From positions 149,106 to 213,105 of the forward strand of contig JACKFR010000001.1 in the NCBI GenBank assembly GCA_020632375.1: 64,000 bases of DNA. Reading direction: 5' to 3'. The notes under the pieces were generated by a model that worked only from the letters and a program-made list of their open reading frames with translations, ran no database searches and had not been told where the DNA came from. The position numbers and the translations under genes were made by a program. This DNA comes from Candidatus Nomurabacteria bacterium. Its GTDB lineage: Bacteria > Patescibacteriota > Dojkabacteria > SC72 > JAHDCA01. Below are positions 8,643 to 16,853 of the stretch, piece after piece. Every line of letters begins with the position of its first letter. Positions within the stretch are counted from its first letter, which is position 1.

Positions 8643-9623
8643 TTATACTATAAAACGAATATATATCATATTTGAAGCTGGTAGATAGCTACCAACTTTA
8701 TACCCTAGAGAGGAGTAATTTTCCATATAATTTAAGATCCAATTATGAAAAACTTCTTCCGGATATGCTTCAAATTCCTTGTAAAATTGTGTCTCAAAGT
8801 CTGAGTAAGTTACGTTTTTAATGATGTCAATTATAACCTTATCTGAACTTTGCGATGCAAGATATGCTATAAAGTTATTTGATAAGTCATAAGCTGCATT
8901 TGCTTTCCCAAGTGAATCGCCATTAAAGAGTCTATCTAAATCGTTTAAACTATCAACTGGGTAATCTTCCAGAGTAGCTCTTACAGAAGCGGATTTTGTA
9001 TCTGAAAAGTAGTCGGCTAAACCCTCGTCAAACCATCTAGGCGTTGTAATTACAGCAAGATAGTAACGGAATTGAAACGCATGAAAGAGCTCATGGCTAA
9101 TTAACTTAAAAAAGTCTTGTTTACTATATGCAAGGTCGGATCCCATATAGATATTTATTTCACCAGCAAAAGTATATCCTCCATAGCCAATATCATATCC
9201 GTAAGGCTGTTGTGTGGCTTTTTCATAGTCAGCTTGGTTGTCGAAGTATAAAACTCTTATCTTATACGGCAGCTCTTCTCCGAAAAGCCTAGCATATCTG
9301 TCGTATTCTGAAGCAAGATTCGTGAGAATAAAATCTTCTTCGTATTGATAATTAATTGAATCTTCGTAACTTATTTCAGGGCTAAATTCAAAATAGAACC
9401 TGTCATCAGCATATTTGAGTAAACCCTCGGTAGAGGCATTTTCTTCAGGATCAATGTATTCATGCCGATTGTCTACGAGACTTTCATACTCGAGGGCTGA
9501 GCTATTATTGGGAGATTGAGATCTCTGATAAATAGCTATAGCTGCAGCAGCGACGAAGTATACTTGCAGTGCGAAGATTAAACTAGCAATGATTCCTATC
9601 GCAACCTTTGTGTTTCTTTTCAT
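8643..9623 (-). CDS. membrane-anchored gluzincin-like metallopeptidase (Peptidase_MA-like)
   Basis: 326 aa with an N-terminal TM. Carries HELFHAFQ (HExxH), with WFDEGLADYF (third-ligand Glu) 19 residues later. Confidence 0.6.
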   Translation of the reverse strand: MKRNTKVAIGIIASLIFALQVYFVAAAAIAIYQRSQSPNNSSALEYESLVDNRHEYIDPEENASTEGLLKYADDRFYFEFSPEISYEDSINYQYEEDFILTNLASEYDRYARLFGEELPYKIRVLYFDNQADYEKATQQPYGYDIGYGGYTFAGEINIYMGSDLAYSKQDFFKLISHELFHAFQFRYYLAVITTPRWFDEGLADYFSDTKSASVRATLEDYPVDSLNDLDRLFNGDSLGKANAAYDLSNNFIAYLASQSSDKVIIDIIKNVTYSDFETQFYKEFEAYPEEVFHNWILNYMENYSSLGYKVGSYLPASNMIYIRFIV

Positions 9624-9637
9624 ATAGTGCTTTGAGT

Positions 9638-10738
9638 TTAGCTTTCTGTTCCGAAGACTTCAAGCCTTTGTTCAGCTTTGTCTTCCGCATTTTTAGCACT
9701 TCTTTTGAGCGAGTAGTATGTTCCACGTCCAACCCCACCACTTTTAATAAAGCCTTCTTTTATAAGTTCTTGTAAGTCACGGTATGAAGTCATAAAAGAA
9801 ACCCTCATCATTTTGGTATACTCCTGTCTTGTTATTTTGCCGACGTTTTCGAGGTATTCAAGAATCTTGATCTGCCTGGTATTAAACTTTTCTTTAAGTT
9901 TTCCCTGTTTTTTAATCTTGTTTTGGAATGTGTCAGTGTATTTATGCTCTAGATTAAGCATTTCAAGTGAAACTGCATACAGAAACGCTTCGATAAAAAT
10001 CGTCTGATCTCTTTTAGACCTTGACATCTTGAATGCAGACATTAGATCTTCAGCGATGAAATTAATCGCCTTACTATATGAAAGCATTCCCTCAGGATTG
10101 TATCCTGCATCTTTAGCAATTGCGGCTACTGTTGCTATGGATGTTATCTGATTTCCTCCATAAAGCGGTGCTTTATCAATAAGCTCGAATAGTAAGACTG
10201 CCAGTTGAATTAGCTTGTGTGTTTTGTTTGAGCGATCTTGCATCCATCTGAAAAACTCATCAAAGTATGCAGACATGTTTTTATCCGGGTAGAAATCTCG
10301 GTATTTATACCAAGTGTCGTATATTTCGTTGGGCTTGTCTGAGAATGTTCGCATTTTCCCAGCCTCCCATTCCTCAATTACTTTATTTATAATCAGCTTA
10401 TTTATATGAGAAAGCAGCTCTGAAGAAGGCGGGATGAACTGGTTTTGGTTATAGCTTTTTACAAACTCCATCGCACTACGATAATTTGTAAAAATAATTA
10501 GTCTTTTTCGAGCCGAAGGCATAACTTTTCCTTCTTGGACCTGTTCTGCTTGATGAAGTGCTATTCGATCACCTATGAGCTCACTGAGGTTGTATATATC
10601 ATCGGTAAGAAGGTCTCCTTCAAGCTCTTCTCGGTGGGTGTGGGGGAGTGGCGTAGACTTGATCCTTTCGAGCGAGACTTCGTAACGAATCAGGTAATCG
10701 CTTATTAGGTTGGTTATTGTAAAAGTAGGTGTTTTCAC
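9638..10738 (-). CDS. Fic-family-like protein with degenerate active site and C-terminal winged helix
   Basis: 366 aa with Fic-core architecture. APLYGGNQI (res 190-198, nt 10145-10171) stands where HPFxDGNGR is expected. C-terminal wHTH: ILEYLENVGKITRQEYTKMMRVSFMTSYRDLQELIKEGFI. Confidence 0.6.
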   Translation of the reverse strand: MKTPTFTITNLISDYLIRYEVSLERIKSTPLPHTHREELEGDLLTDDIYNLSELIGDRIALHQAEQVQEGKVMPSARKRLIIFTNYRSAMEFVKSYNQNQFIPPSSELLSHINKLIINKVIEEWEAGKMRTFSDKPNEIYDTWYKYRDFYPDKNMSAYFDEFFRWMQDRSNKTHKLIQLAVLLFELIDKAPLYGGNQITSIATVAAIAKDAGYNPEGMLSYSKAINFIAEDLMSAFKMSRSKRDQTIFIEAFLYAVSLEMLNLEHKYTDTFQNKIKKQGKLKEKFNTRQIKILEYLENVGKITRQEYTKMMRVSFMTSYRDLQELIKEGFIKSGGVGRGTYYSLKRSAKNAEDKAEQRLEVFGTES

Positions 10739-11055
10739 AGTCAGTGTAATGTTTAGTCTGAGTTAATTCCCCATAAGTATTCTTAGGGAAACTCACGTAA
10801 CATTATTATAACGAAGGTTTGCGAGTAAAGAAAGAGAGATTCTGCGAAAAACTTTTTTATAACAGAAGTTCTGTTTTTCAGTAAGACACTAAAGTCCTAG
10901 ATCTACTCTATATTGCAGGCTTTTATTTTCTCTCAGTATTTCGGTCTATATGGTGCTTGATCAGGACTCTTTTTTAGATGTATTACTTTAATATCCAACA
11001 AGAGCTTGTCTCATGTAACTCATGCTTTATAGACAAACTCTGGACATGCCTTTCT

Positions 11056-11676
11056 CTAATTGGGGCACACCGTAAGTGAAACAGACTGATTTGCTACCGT
11101 TTCAATATATTCTAAAAGCCCATTACCCCCAGCTTCCACTAGAACTGCTAGGCGAGGAAACGCATTTTGGACCTTCCGATTGAAAGGATTGAGAACAACC
11201 CAACCCTCTTCTCTTGCTTCTTCAGAAGTAGTAGGCCCTATAACAAACTCTAACGGAGGGGAGTAAACAATTCTGCTAATTTTCAGTAGAGATCGTACTT
11301 GTTCTGTTGGAACTAAGCATTCTGCTGCTAGAAGCAGAGCCTGTTGTGACGGGTCTAAGGTGCCGGAATCTTTTTCGGGAACGCTCAGTGGGCTTTTCTG
11401 CAGTGTCCCAGCGTAATCACTAAAATTAACCCAAGATCGCCTTTGGTACGGCCATCCTTGTAGTCTGAGAGGAAAAAATGGTCCATTCAATTCTAAAGCG
11501 GCAATGCCAGTTGGCATTCGGTGAATCACATTTAGCACGCCTGCGCCTTGAGGGTTCCACAACAGACATTCTCCTACAAATCCATAGAAAATCAATGGAT
11601 CTAGAGGTGTACACCTCCCCATTTCAGTGGGCGGAAGATCGACGGAAAACTGTTGTGCTTGCTTAGTCGTGATCAT
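11056..11676 (-). CDS. hypothetical protein (orphan, G+C-shifted)
   Basis: 206-aa ORF with no family recognised. It is Lys-poor and Pro/Trp/Leu-rich, and visibly richer in G+C than its surroundings. An open frame this long is unlikely by chance. Confidence 0.55.
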   Translation of the reverse strand: MITTKQAQQFSVDLPPTEMGRCTPLDPLIFYGFVGECLLWNPQGAGVLNVIHRMPTGIAALELNGPFFPLRLQGWPYQRRSWVNFSDYAGTLQKSPLSVPEKDSGTLDPSQQALLLAAECLVPTEQVRSLLKISRIVYSPPLEFVIGPTTSEEAREEGWVVLNPFNRKVQNAFPRLAVLVEAGGNGLLEYIETVANQSVSLTVCPN

Positions 11677-11764
11677 CTAATAAATAACCCTTTCTGACGG
11701 GATTATAGCCTTTTTGTGTGACGGTGTCTATATATCCGCTAAATATCCGCGCAGTCTTTTCACA

Positions 11765-11837
11765 AGCTGGTGGTGAGGATCGAACTCACGACCTAATCTT
11801 TACGAAAGATTTGCTCTGCCAACTGAGCTACACCAGC
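11765..11837 (-). tRNA. tRNA-Thr (anticodon CGU)
   Basis: The reverse complement GCTGGTGTAGCTCAGTTGGCAGAGCAAATCTTTCGTAAAGATTAGGTCGTGAGTTCGATCCTCACCACCAGCT is a 73-nt cloverleaf with anticodon loop TTCGTAA. Confidence 0.92.
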
Positions 11838-11872
11838 TAGATGAGGTTATTATAGCAAATAGGAAACTATAT

Positions 11873-13573
11873 TTAGCCAGTATGCGTTCGCTCTTCATCA
11901 TCGATAATTCGCCTGTATTCGTCCAGTAATGATTCTTTGTCAGGTGGCATCAGTAGTTGATCTGTTTGAGGTAAACCAAGCCGTGTTGGATCAGGCGGTA
12001 TCTGTAGGAGACTCATTCGCTCTGGACTGGTCCATGTTGAGTACGCTTTTTCTTCGTTCGGAAGCCGAAATAGAGTGTATGTTATCATTTGAGGTGCTAC
12101 TTGCGAGAGCCAGTTGTTGAAATCTGGATCCGTATTATACCACTCTTCAAACGATTGACCTACTTTACGAACTCGAGAAAATAGTGATAATGCCATAACC
12201 ATAAAACGGTGCATTGCAGATCGTCTTACCTGATTTAACCCTCCGCTTCCATTAAGTCCGACTTTATATTCTACGAGATGTAGTCTGAACGCAGGTATTT
12301 CAGTTGTTCCCCAGCCTTTTAGGATCTCGTCATAAATTCGTGAGTCTGGACTTATCGAAGTTGTATTTTCTTGATAATCTTCTCCGGATACGACAACAAG
12401 ATCAGGTTTTGTTAAAACAGGCCTAAGAACCTTTCCTTTGCTAGTTGCAATCGCAAGATAGCCAGCCAGTTTTCTGGCAAACTTTGTAACTGTTTTACTT
12501 GCTTCCAGGATTGACAAAACTCTCTGCCATTCTGTAAATTCCTCAGTGCTCTCATCACTTGGTTTGAGTGTTTTCCATTCTCCGATGATTTGTTCATGTC
12601 CTTCTACTGTTGTCAAAATATCTGAAAAATCATTTCTTGATAAGACCAGTTCAAGGCTTTCAAGGTTGTCTAATATCGGCGGTCGGAAATTAATAATATC
12701 TTCGTGGAGAGACCTATTGGGTAAATGTTCTTTGTAGATACCTGCAGATCTGTTAAGTTCTTCTCTATACTGATCCAGTCCTTCGGTAGTCATTTCAATT
12801 GTTTTCGTATGAAGAGCTGGTGTATAAATCCTATCACCATCTTGCCGGATAGCCTTCCACTCTCTGTCCCGCATCATAAAGATACAATTTAGGTATGACA
12901 GCCCAACTGTTTTTTCAATTTCATCCATCAGCCAGTATCTTTGTGCGGAATTGTTTGCCAAACGACCAAAGAAATCTGACCTGCTGGCTAGATATCCATA
13001 TGTTGTTTTGGGATAATAACCATATCTGGCAAGATACCTTATAAGACCCCGATCTAGCATATTTGAAATATGTCTCCATAACTCTTCATAAAGTCTTGAG
13101 TCTTTGAGTCCTTCTTCAATTTGATAAGCATCAGAAGGATCACCCGATAGGGCGTTTCTTAAAGCTTCTAAGTCATTGATGTCATAGTTATCGAGAATAG
13201 AGTGAATCGCCTGTGTTTCAAGCATGATTGCATGAATACTAGCATGGTCGGGTTCTGTCCACCTTATTGAATTCGGAGCATTGGCAGATATCGTAGCGTT
13301 AATTTCATTACAAATATCTCTACTATTTGCGGATGAAAATGGATCTTCACGATCCATGATGCAATGAAACATCGTCCCTCTGTCAATTATCAACAATCTC
13401 GGGACTGTATGCAAGAAATAACCGTACTCGCCTTTATGTTCTGGTTCCGGAGTTTCAGGTGGGGGTGGATCAAGTGCTATTGGATTGTTGGATACAGTAG
13501 CCCCTTGCCCTATTTTAAGTCGTTCTATTAACAAGTTTGCGATGTGGCTCAAATAAAATAGAGTATATCCCAT
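11873..13573 (-). CDS. hypothetical protein with C-terminal PD-(D/E)xK-like nuclease motif
   Basis: 566-aa ORF, G+C-shifted. KPDLVVV (D391) and HLVEYKVG (E435, K437) resemble RecB/Cas4-type motifs II and III. The N-terminal ~380 aa are unrecognised. Confidence 0.6.
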   Translation of the reverse strand: MGYTLFYLSHIANLLIERLKIGQGATVSNNPIALDPPPPETPEPEHKGEYGYFLHTVPRLLIIDRGTMFHCIMDREDPFSSANSRDICNEINATISANAPNSIRWTEPDHASIHAIMLETQAIHSILDNYDINDLEALRNALSGDPSDAYQIEEGLKDSRLYEELWRHISNMLDRGLIRYLARYGYYPKTTYGYLASRSDFFGRLANNSAQRYWLMDEIEKTVGLSYLNCIFMMRDREWKAIRQDGDRIYTPALHTKTIEMTTEGLDQYREELNRSAGIYKEHLPNRSLHEDIINFRPPILDNLESLELVLSRNDFSDILTTVEGHEQIIGEWKTLKPSDESTEEFTEWQRVLSILEASKTVTKFARKLAGYLAIATSKGKVLRPVLTKPDLVVVSGEDYQENTTSISPDSRIYDEILKGWGTTEIPAFRLHLVEYKVGLNGSGGLNQVRRSAMHRFMVMALSLFSRVRKVGQSFEEWYNTDPDFNNWLSQVAPQMITYTLFRLPNEEKAYSTWTSPERMSLLQIPPDPTRLGLPQTDQLLMPPDKESLLDEYRRIIDDEERTHTG

Positions 13574-13636
13574 AGTCGTCTATATGTCTATACTGTATAT
13601 ATATCAGTTCAAAGGCAATTTCTGAATTTTTCCTCG

Positions 13637-13644
13637 TGTATAAT
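13637..13644 (+). promoter_or_regulatory. -10 element (TG+TATAAT) 6 nt upstream of an ATG; candidate leaderless promoter
   Basis: The sequence is cgTGTATAATgaactcATG, with TATAAT at 13639-13644 and ATG at 13651. No SD is present. Confidence 0.4.
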
Positions 13645-13650
13645 GAACTC

Positions 13651-14331
13651 ATGTCAATGAGTAAAGAAACACTGAAAATGCTAGCTAAAGTCGCTTTGGT
13701 TCTGTTTGTTTTTTACCTTTTTATAAAACTTCTCTTTATACCGCTGGTTTTATCCGATCAATTTGTTATTTTTGTCGAAAAGCTTGGATACTGGGGGTAT
13801 TTAGTAATTGCACTCTACCAGATTGCTTCACATGTTTTTGCCCCATTGACTGGAACACCTGCTGTTTTACTTGCAACTTCGCTGTACGGTATGAAAACCG
13901 GCCTGATTCTGCTTTATTTCGCAAGTTTAATAAGTGCTACCATAAACTTCTATCTTAGTCGGAAGTACGGCAGAAAGATTATTATTAAGCTTGTTGGTAA
14001 AAAATCTATGAATGAGGTTGATGAACTCGCCTCCGTTGAGGGCTTTAAGCTGATGCTTTTCTGTAGAGTCTTTGGGTCTTCAGTCTTTGACTTTCTGTCT
14101 TATGCGGCAGGTTTAACAGAAATTCGCTTCCAAGACTACATGAAAGCAACAGTAATTGGCCATTTGATAGCGAATCTATCGTTCTACTTTATATTCAGAA
14201 AACTAGATCTGAGAAGCGAGCAGGGGATAACTATTTGGATTGGAAGTCTTACTGTGATGGCAGTAATTTTTTCGATTGTTCTTGCAAGGTATATTAAGCT
14301 CAAAAAAAGTAGTAGCAGAAAGACGGGCTAA
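13651..14331 (+). CDS. TVP38/TMEM64 (DedA-related, SNARE-associated) family membrane protein
   Basis: Multi-TM protein with the signatures FAPLTGTPAVLLATSLYG and YLSRKYGRK. The track ORF starts at GTG 13636, but that codon overlaps the -10 box, so ATG 13651 is preferred. Confidence 0.7.
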   Translation: MSMSKETLKMLAKVALVLFVFYLFIKLLFIPLVLSDQFVIFVEKLGYWGYLVIALYQIASHVFAPLTGTPAVLLATSLYGMKTGLILLYFASLISATINFYLSRKYGRKIIIKLVGKKSMNEVDELASVEGFKLMLFCRVFGSSVFDFLSYAAGLTEIRFQDYMKATVIGHLIANLSFYFIFRKLDLRSEQGITIWIGSLTVMAVIFSIVLARYIKLKKSSSRKTG

Positions 14332-14382
14332 ACTGTAAAAGCTTATTAGAAATACAAGCACTTGTCTTACGCACTATAAGTT

Positions 14383-14453
14383 AGCGGGATACGGGAATCG
14401 AACCCGTATCACTACCTTGGGAAGGTGGTGTTTTACCATTAAACTAATCCCGC
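14383..14453 (-). tRNA. tRNA-Gly (anticodon CCC)
   Basis: The reverse complement GCGGGATTAGTTTAATGGTAAAACACCACCTTCCCAAGGTAGTGATACGGGTTCGATTCCCGTATCCCGCT is 71 nt with anticodon loop TTCCCAA. There is one C-A mismatch in the anticodon stem. Confidence 0.85.
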
Positions 14454-14468
14454 ACGAAACCTCTTAGA

Positions 14469-14831
14469 TTAAGCTTTTACTGCATTTGAAACAAGTTTCC
14501 AATCTGCTTTCAACATCTCGCTAAGTTTCTGCGCTGTTTCTTCTGTTACTTTTTTGTCGTTTTTTATCTCATCTATTACATTTTTAACAAGCTTTTCATA
14601 ACCTGCCTTGTCTATCTTTTTTCCCACTTCCTTTAGGTTTGCGAGCTTTTTGTCTACAACAACTTTTGCCTTTTTATACTCAACTTCTGCTTGACTCTTT
14701 AGTTCTTCTGCCTTCTTTTTAAGCTCTTTTCTAGTCTCCTCACCAGATTTCGGTGCAAACAAAACTCCTGCAGCGGCTCCGACAATTGTTCCTAAAATAA
14801 TACCCTTCATAAAAGACTCTGTTCTGCTCAT
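14469..14831 (-). CDS. YtxH-domain protein
   Basis: 120 aa. N-terminal GIILGTIVGAAAGVLFAPKSGEETRKELK is the YtxH signature, followed by a Lys/Glu-rich helix. Confidence 0.8.
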   Translation of the reverse strand: MSRTESFMKGIILGTIVGAAAGVLFAPKSGEETRKELKKKAEELKSQAEVEYKKAKVVVDKKLANLKEVGKKIDKAGYEKLVKNVIDEIKNDKKVTEETAQKLSEMLKADWKLVSNAVKA

Positions 14832-14901
14832 TTTCTTGATTGGACAATTTAAATAATCTCTAAGCAGAATATTACAACAATACTCTGCATGAAATCTAGG
14901 G

Positions 14902-15504
14902 TTAAAGTCTTAGCTTTTTAATCAAAGCGTAGCCAAGTGCGACAAAAATAGCGGGTGGAAGTAGTGACAGGAAAAGATTCAATAAGTTAAGATTTCTTGC
15001 TTTTTGACTTGTTTCTTTTTGGCCTTCAGCTGTTGCTGATTCTTGCTGCTGTTGCTCATTTCCTTGCAGATTTTCGGAAGTGTTGCTGCTATCTGAAGAC
15101 TTTACAGCTAAAGCACCTATTTTCGCTCTGACAGAGTCTGTTCCATTGATACAGTTTTCTCCGTAAGATAAAACAGGTAGATCGGTCCCATCTTCGCAAA
15201 GATTTTTTATTTTGTCATAAAGAACTCCACCTGAAGTACTGGAGATATCTTCTGTTTGTAGATTATAGCTCCCAGTTCCTAAAGTTTTCTGAAAATATGT
15301 TGAAACTTCATCGCACTCTTCGCAGTCGGGTGAAACAAATAATACAACTACATCTGTTGCTTCAACTTCAGCACCTTTAACCTCTCCTTTTTCTACGGTT
15401 ACCGATGAAGGTACATTATCTGCATAGACATTCCCAGAGGAGTAGATGCTATTAAAAGATAATGAAATAAGTATAAACAATATTGACCGGAATGCTTTAT
15501 TCAT
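14902..15504 (-). CDS. secreted CxxC (thioredoxin/glutaredoxin-like) protein with C-terminal membrane anchor
   Basis: 200 aa with a signal peptide, VVVLFVSPDCEECDEV (CxxC after a beta strand), and a C-terminal TM plus basic tail (LLPPAIFVALGYALIKKLRL). Confidence 0.45.
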   Translation of the reverse strand: MNKAFRSILFILISLSFNSIYSSGNVYADNVPSSVTVEKGEVKGAEVEATDVVVLFVSPDCEECDEVSTYFQKTLGTGSYNLQTEDISSTSGGVLYDKIKNLCEDGTDLPVLSYGENCINGTDSVRAKIGALAVKSSDSSNTSENLQGNEQQQQESATAEGQKETSQKARNLNLLNLFLSLLPPAIFVALGYALIKKLRL

Positions 15505-15545
15505 AATAAGATTTTATCACATAACGAAACCTTATTTTAAAGAAA

Positions 15546-16184
15546 ATGGCCAAGATATTTCCTACTCTAAAACTTGAAAGTAGACTTTGGAAGTCAGGGT
15601 ATCAATATATTGTCGGTGTAGATGAAGCCGGAAGAGGTCCTTGGGCAGGACCAGTTACTGCAGGTGCTGTAGTTGTAAGTAGTCGTGATCAAGTCGTAGA
15701 AACAGTGTGTGATAGCAAAAAAATGACAAATAGAGCCCGTGAAGAGTCTTATAAAGCTATTTTAAATAAATCGCTTGCCTGGGGAGTAGGAGTTATTGGC
15801 AGCAATCAGATTGACTCTATAGGAATCCAGGAAGCCGTGAATAAGGCTATGAAAATAGCAATCAAAGAAGTTGAAAAGAGGCTTGGGCAAAGAGTCGATT
15901 ATATAATTTCAGATGGAATAAATGTTTTATTAATTGATGGCTATCCTATGGAAAAGATAAAAGCGGGTGACACCTACCACTACTCGATTGCCGCTGCTTC
16001 AGTGATTGCAAAAGTCACAAGAGACAGGCTTATGGTTAAATCTGCTGCACAATTTCCGCAGTATGGGTTTGAAAACCATTTCGGCTACGGCACAAGAGTT
16101 CATAGAGAAGCATTAATGAGGTACGGTATATGTGAAATTCATCGCAAAAGCTATAAACCGATTAAGGCAATCCTTGAAGCATAA
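15546..16184 (+). CDS. rnhB: ribonuclease HII
   Basis: 212 aa with VGVDEAGRGPWAGPVTAGAVV and SDGINV...AAASVIAKVTRD. Confidence 0.92.
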   Translation: MAKIFPTLKLESRLWKSGYQYIVGVDEAGRGPWAGPVTAGAVVVSSRDQVVETVCDSKKMTNRAREESYKAILNKSLAWGVGVIGSNQIDSIGIQEAVNKAMKIAIKEVEKRLGQRVDYIISDGINVLLIDGYPMEKIKAGDTYHYSIAAASVIAKVTRDRLMVKSAAQFPQYGFENHFGYGTRVHREALMRYGICEIHRKSYKPIKAILEA

Positions 16185-16542
16185 GAGCAAAGTTCATATC
16201 GGTCGTGCTGCAGAGAATTATGCGGCAGAATTCCTTAATAAAGAGGGATTTCGTACGGTTGAAAAAAACTTTATTGCCAGAGGAGGTGAAATAGACTTGA
16301 TTTGTAGCAAAAATAGCAAAGTATATTTTTTTGAAGTAAGATACCGATCATCGAAGTCGTTTGGTAGTGCAGGCGAGTCAGTTTCCAGTCTAAAAATATA
16401 CCGTCTTTATAGGGCTATCTCTCAGTGGATACTTCAACGGGGTTTACAAAGCGAGTTTATTGGGGGTGTTTATGCAATATGCATAGATATGCCTGCTGGT
16501 AGAGCAGAACCGGTTGTAAAACTCGTCTCGCTTAGAGTATAA
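16132..16542 (+). CDS. yraN: YraN-family (UPF0102) endonuclease-like protein
   Basis: 136 aa with GRAAENYAAEFLNKEGFRTVEKNFIARGGEIDLIC and YFFEVRYR. The annotated ATG overlaps rnhB by 53 nt, so the start is uncertain. Confidence 0.8.
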   Translation: MKFIAKAINRLRQSLKHKSKVHIGRAAENYAAEFLNKEGFRTVEKNFIARGGEIDLICSKNSKVYFFEVRYRSSKSFGSAGESVSSLKIYRLYRAISQWILQRGLQSEFIGGVYAICIDMPAGRAEPVVKLVSLRV

Positions 16543-16543
16543 T
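16538..16543 (+). promoter_or_regulatory. candidate -10 box for tRNA-Lys
   Basis: TATAAT lies 15 nt upstream of the mature tRNA 5' end and overlaps the yraN stop codon. Confidence 0.3.
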
Positions 16544-16558
16544 CGCTGCAGATAATGC

Positions 16559-16631
16559 GGGTCGCTAGCTCAATTGGCAGAGCAACTGGCTTTTAACCAG
16601 TAGGTTCAGGGTTCGATTCCCTGGCGACTCA
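16559..16631 (+). tRNA. tRNA-Lys (anticodon UUU)
   Basis: GGGTCGCTAGCTCAATTGGCAGAGCAACTGGCTTTTAACCAGTAGGTTCAGGGTTCGATTCCCTGGCGACTCA is 73 nt with anticodon loop CTTTTAA. Confidence 0.92.
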
Positions 16632-16842
16632 GTTTAAGAAAATGTGTAACGTTCATACACAAAGAACTACATCTATTTTATTCAGAAGCTTTTAATTATC
16701 AATGCACCGATCATAGGGAAAAGTCCTAGTGCCGCAAAAGCAAGAAGCGATGATGAAGAAGCTTAAAAGATTGCCAAGACGCAGCACCGGGATGTTTTTA
16801 TACATAGAAAAGATGGGAAAATAATGAATAGAAAGGTAATTA

Positions 16843-16848
16843 TATAAT
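16843..16848 (+). promoter_or_regulatory. -10 box 5 nt upstream of an ATG (candidate leaderless promoter)
   Basis: The sequence is taTATAATattctATG, with the ATG at 16854. No SD is present. Confidence 0.35.
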
Positions 16849-16853
16849 ATTCT

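Noticed and set aside
10951-10969. Possible degenerate att-like repeat of the tRNA-Thr 3' half: tggtgcttgatcaggactc versus tggtggtgaggatcgaactc at 11768-11787.
   Set aside because: Only about 15 of 21 positions match, and gaps are needed. That is too weak to call a direct repeat by eye and needs a proper alignment with statistics.
11426-11666. Two 62-aa ORFs (11426..11614 minus strand, 11478..11666 plus strand) inside the 206-aa orphan gene.
   Set aside because: They are most simply explained by stop-codon depletion in the locally G+C-richer DNA. The 206-aa frame is far longer than chance would allow.
16716-16726. GGGAAAAGTCC downstream of tRNA-Lys, reminiscent of the RNase P RNA P4 strand (GAGGAAAGUCC).
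   Set aside because: The intergenic gap is only ~220 nt. I could not find the complementary ACAGAAnCCGGCUUA-type strand or other RNase P helices, so this is probably coincidence.
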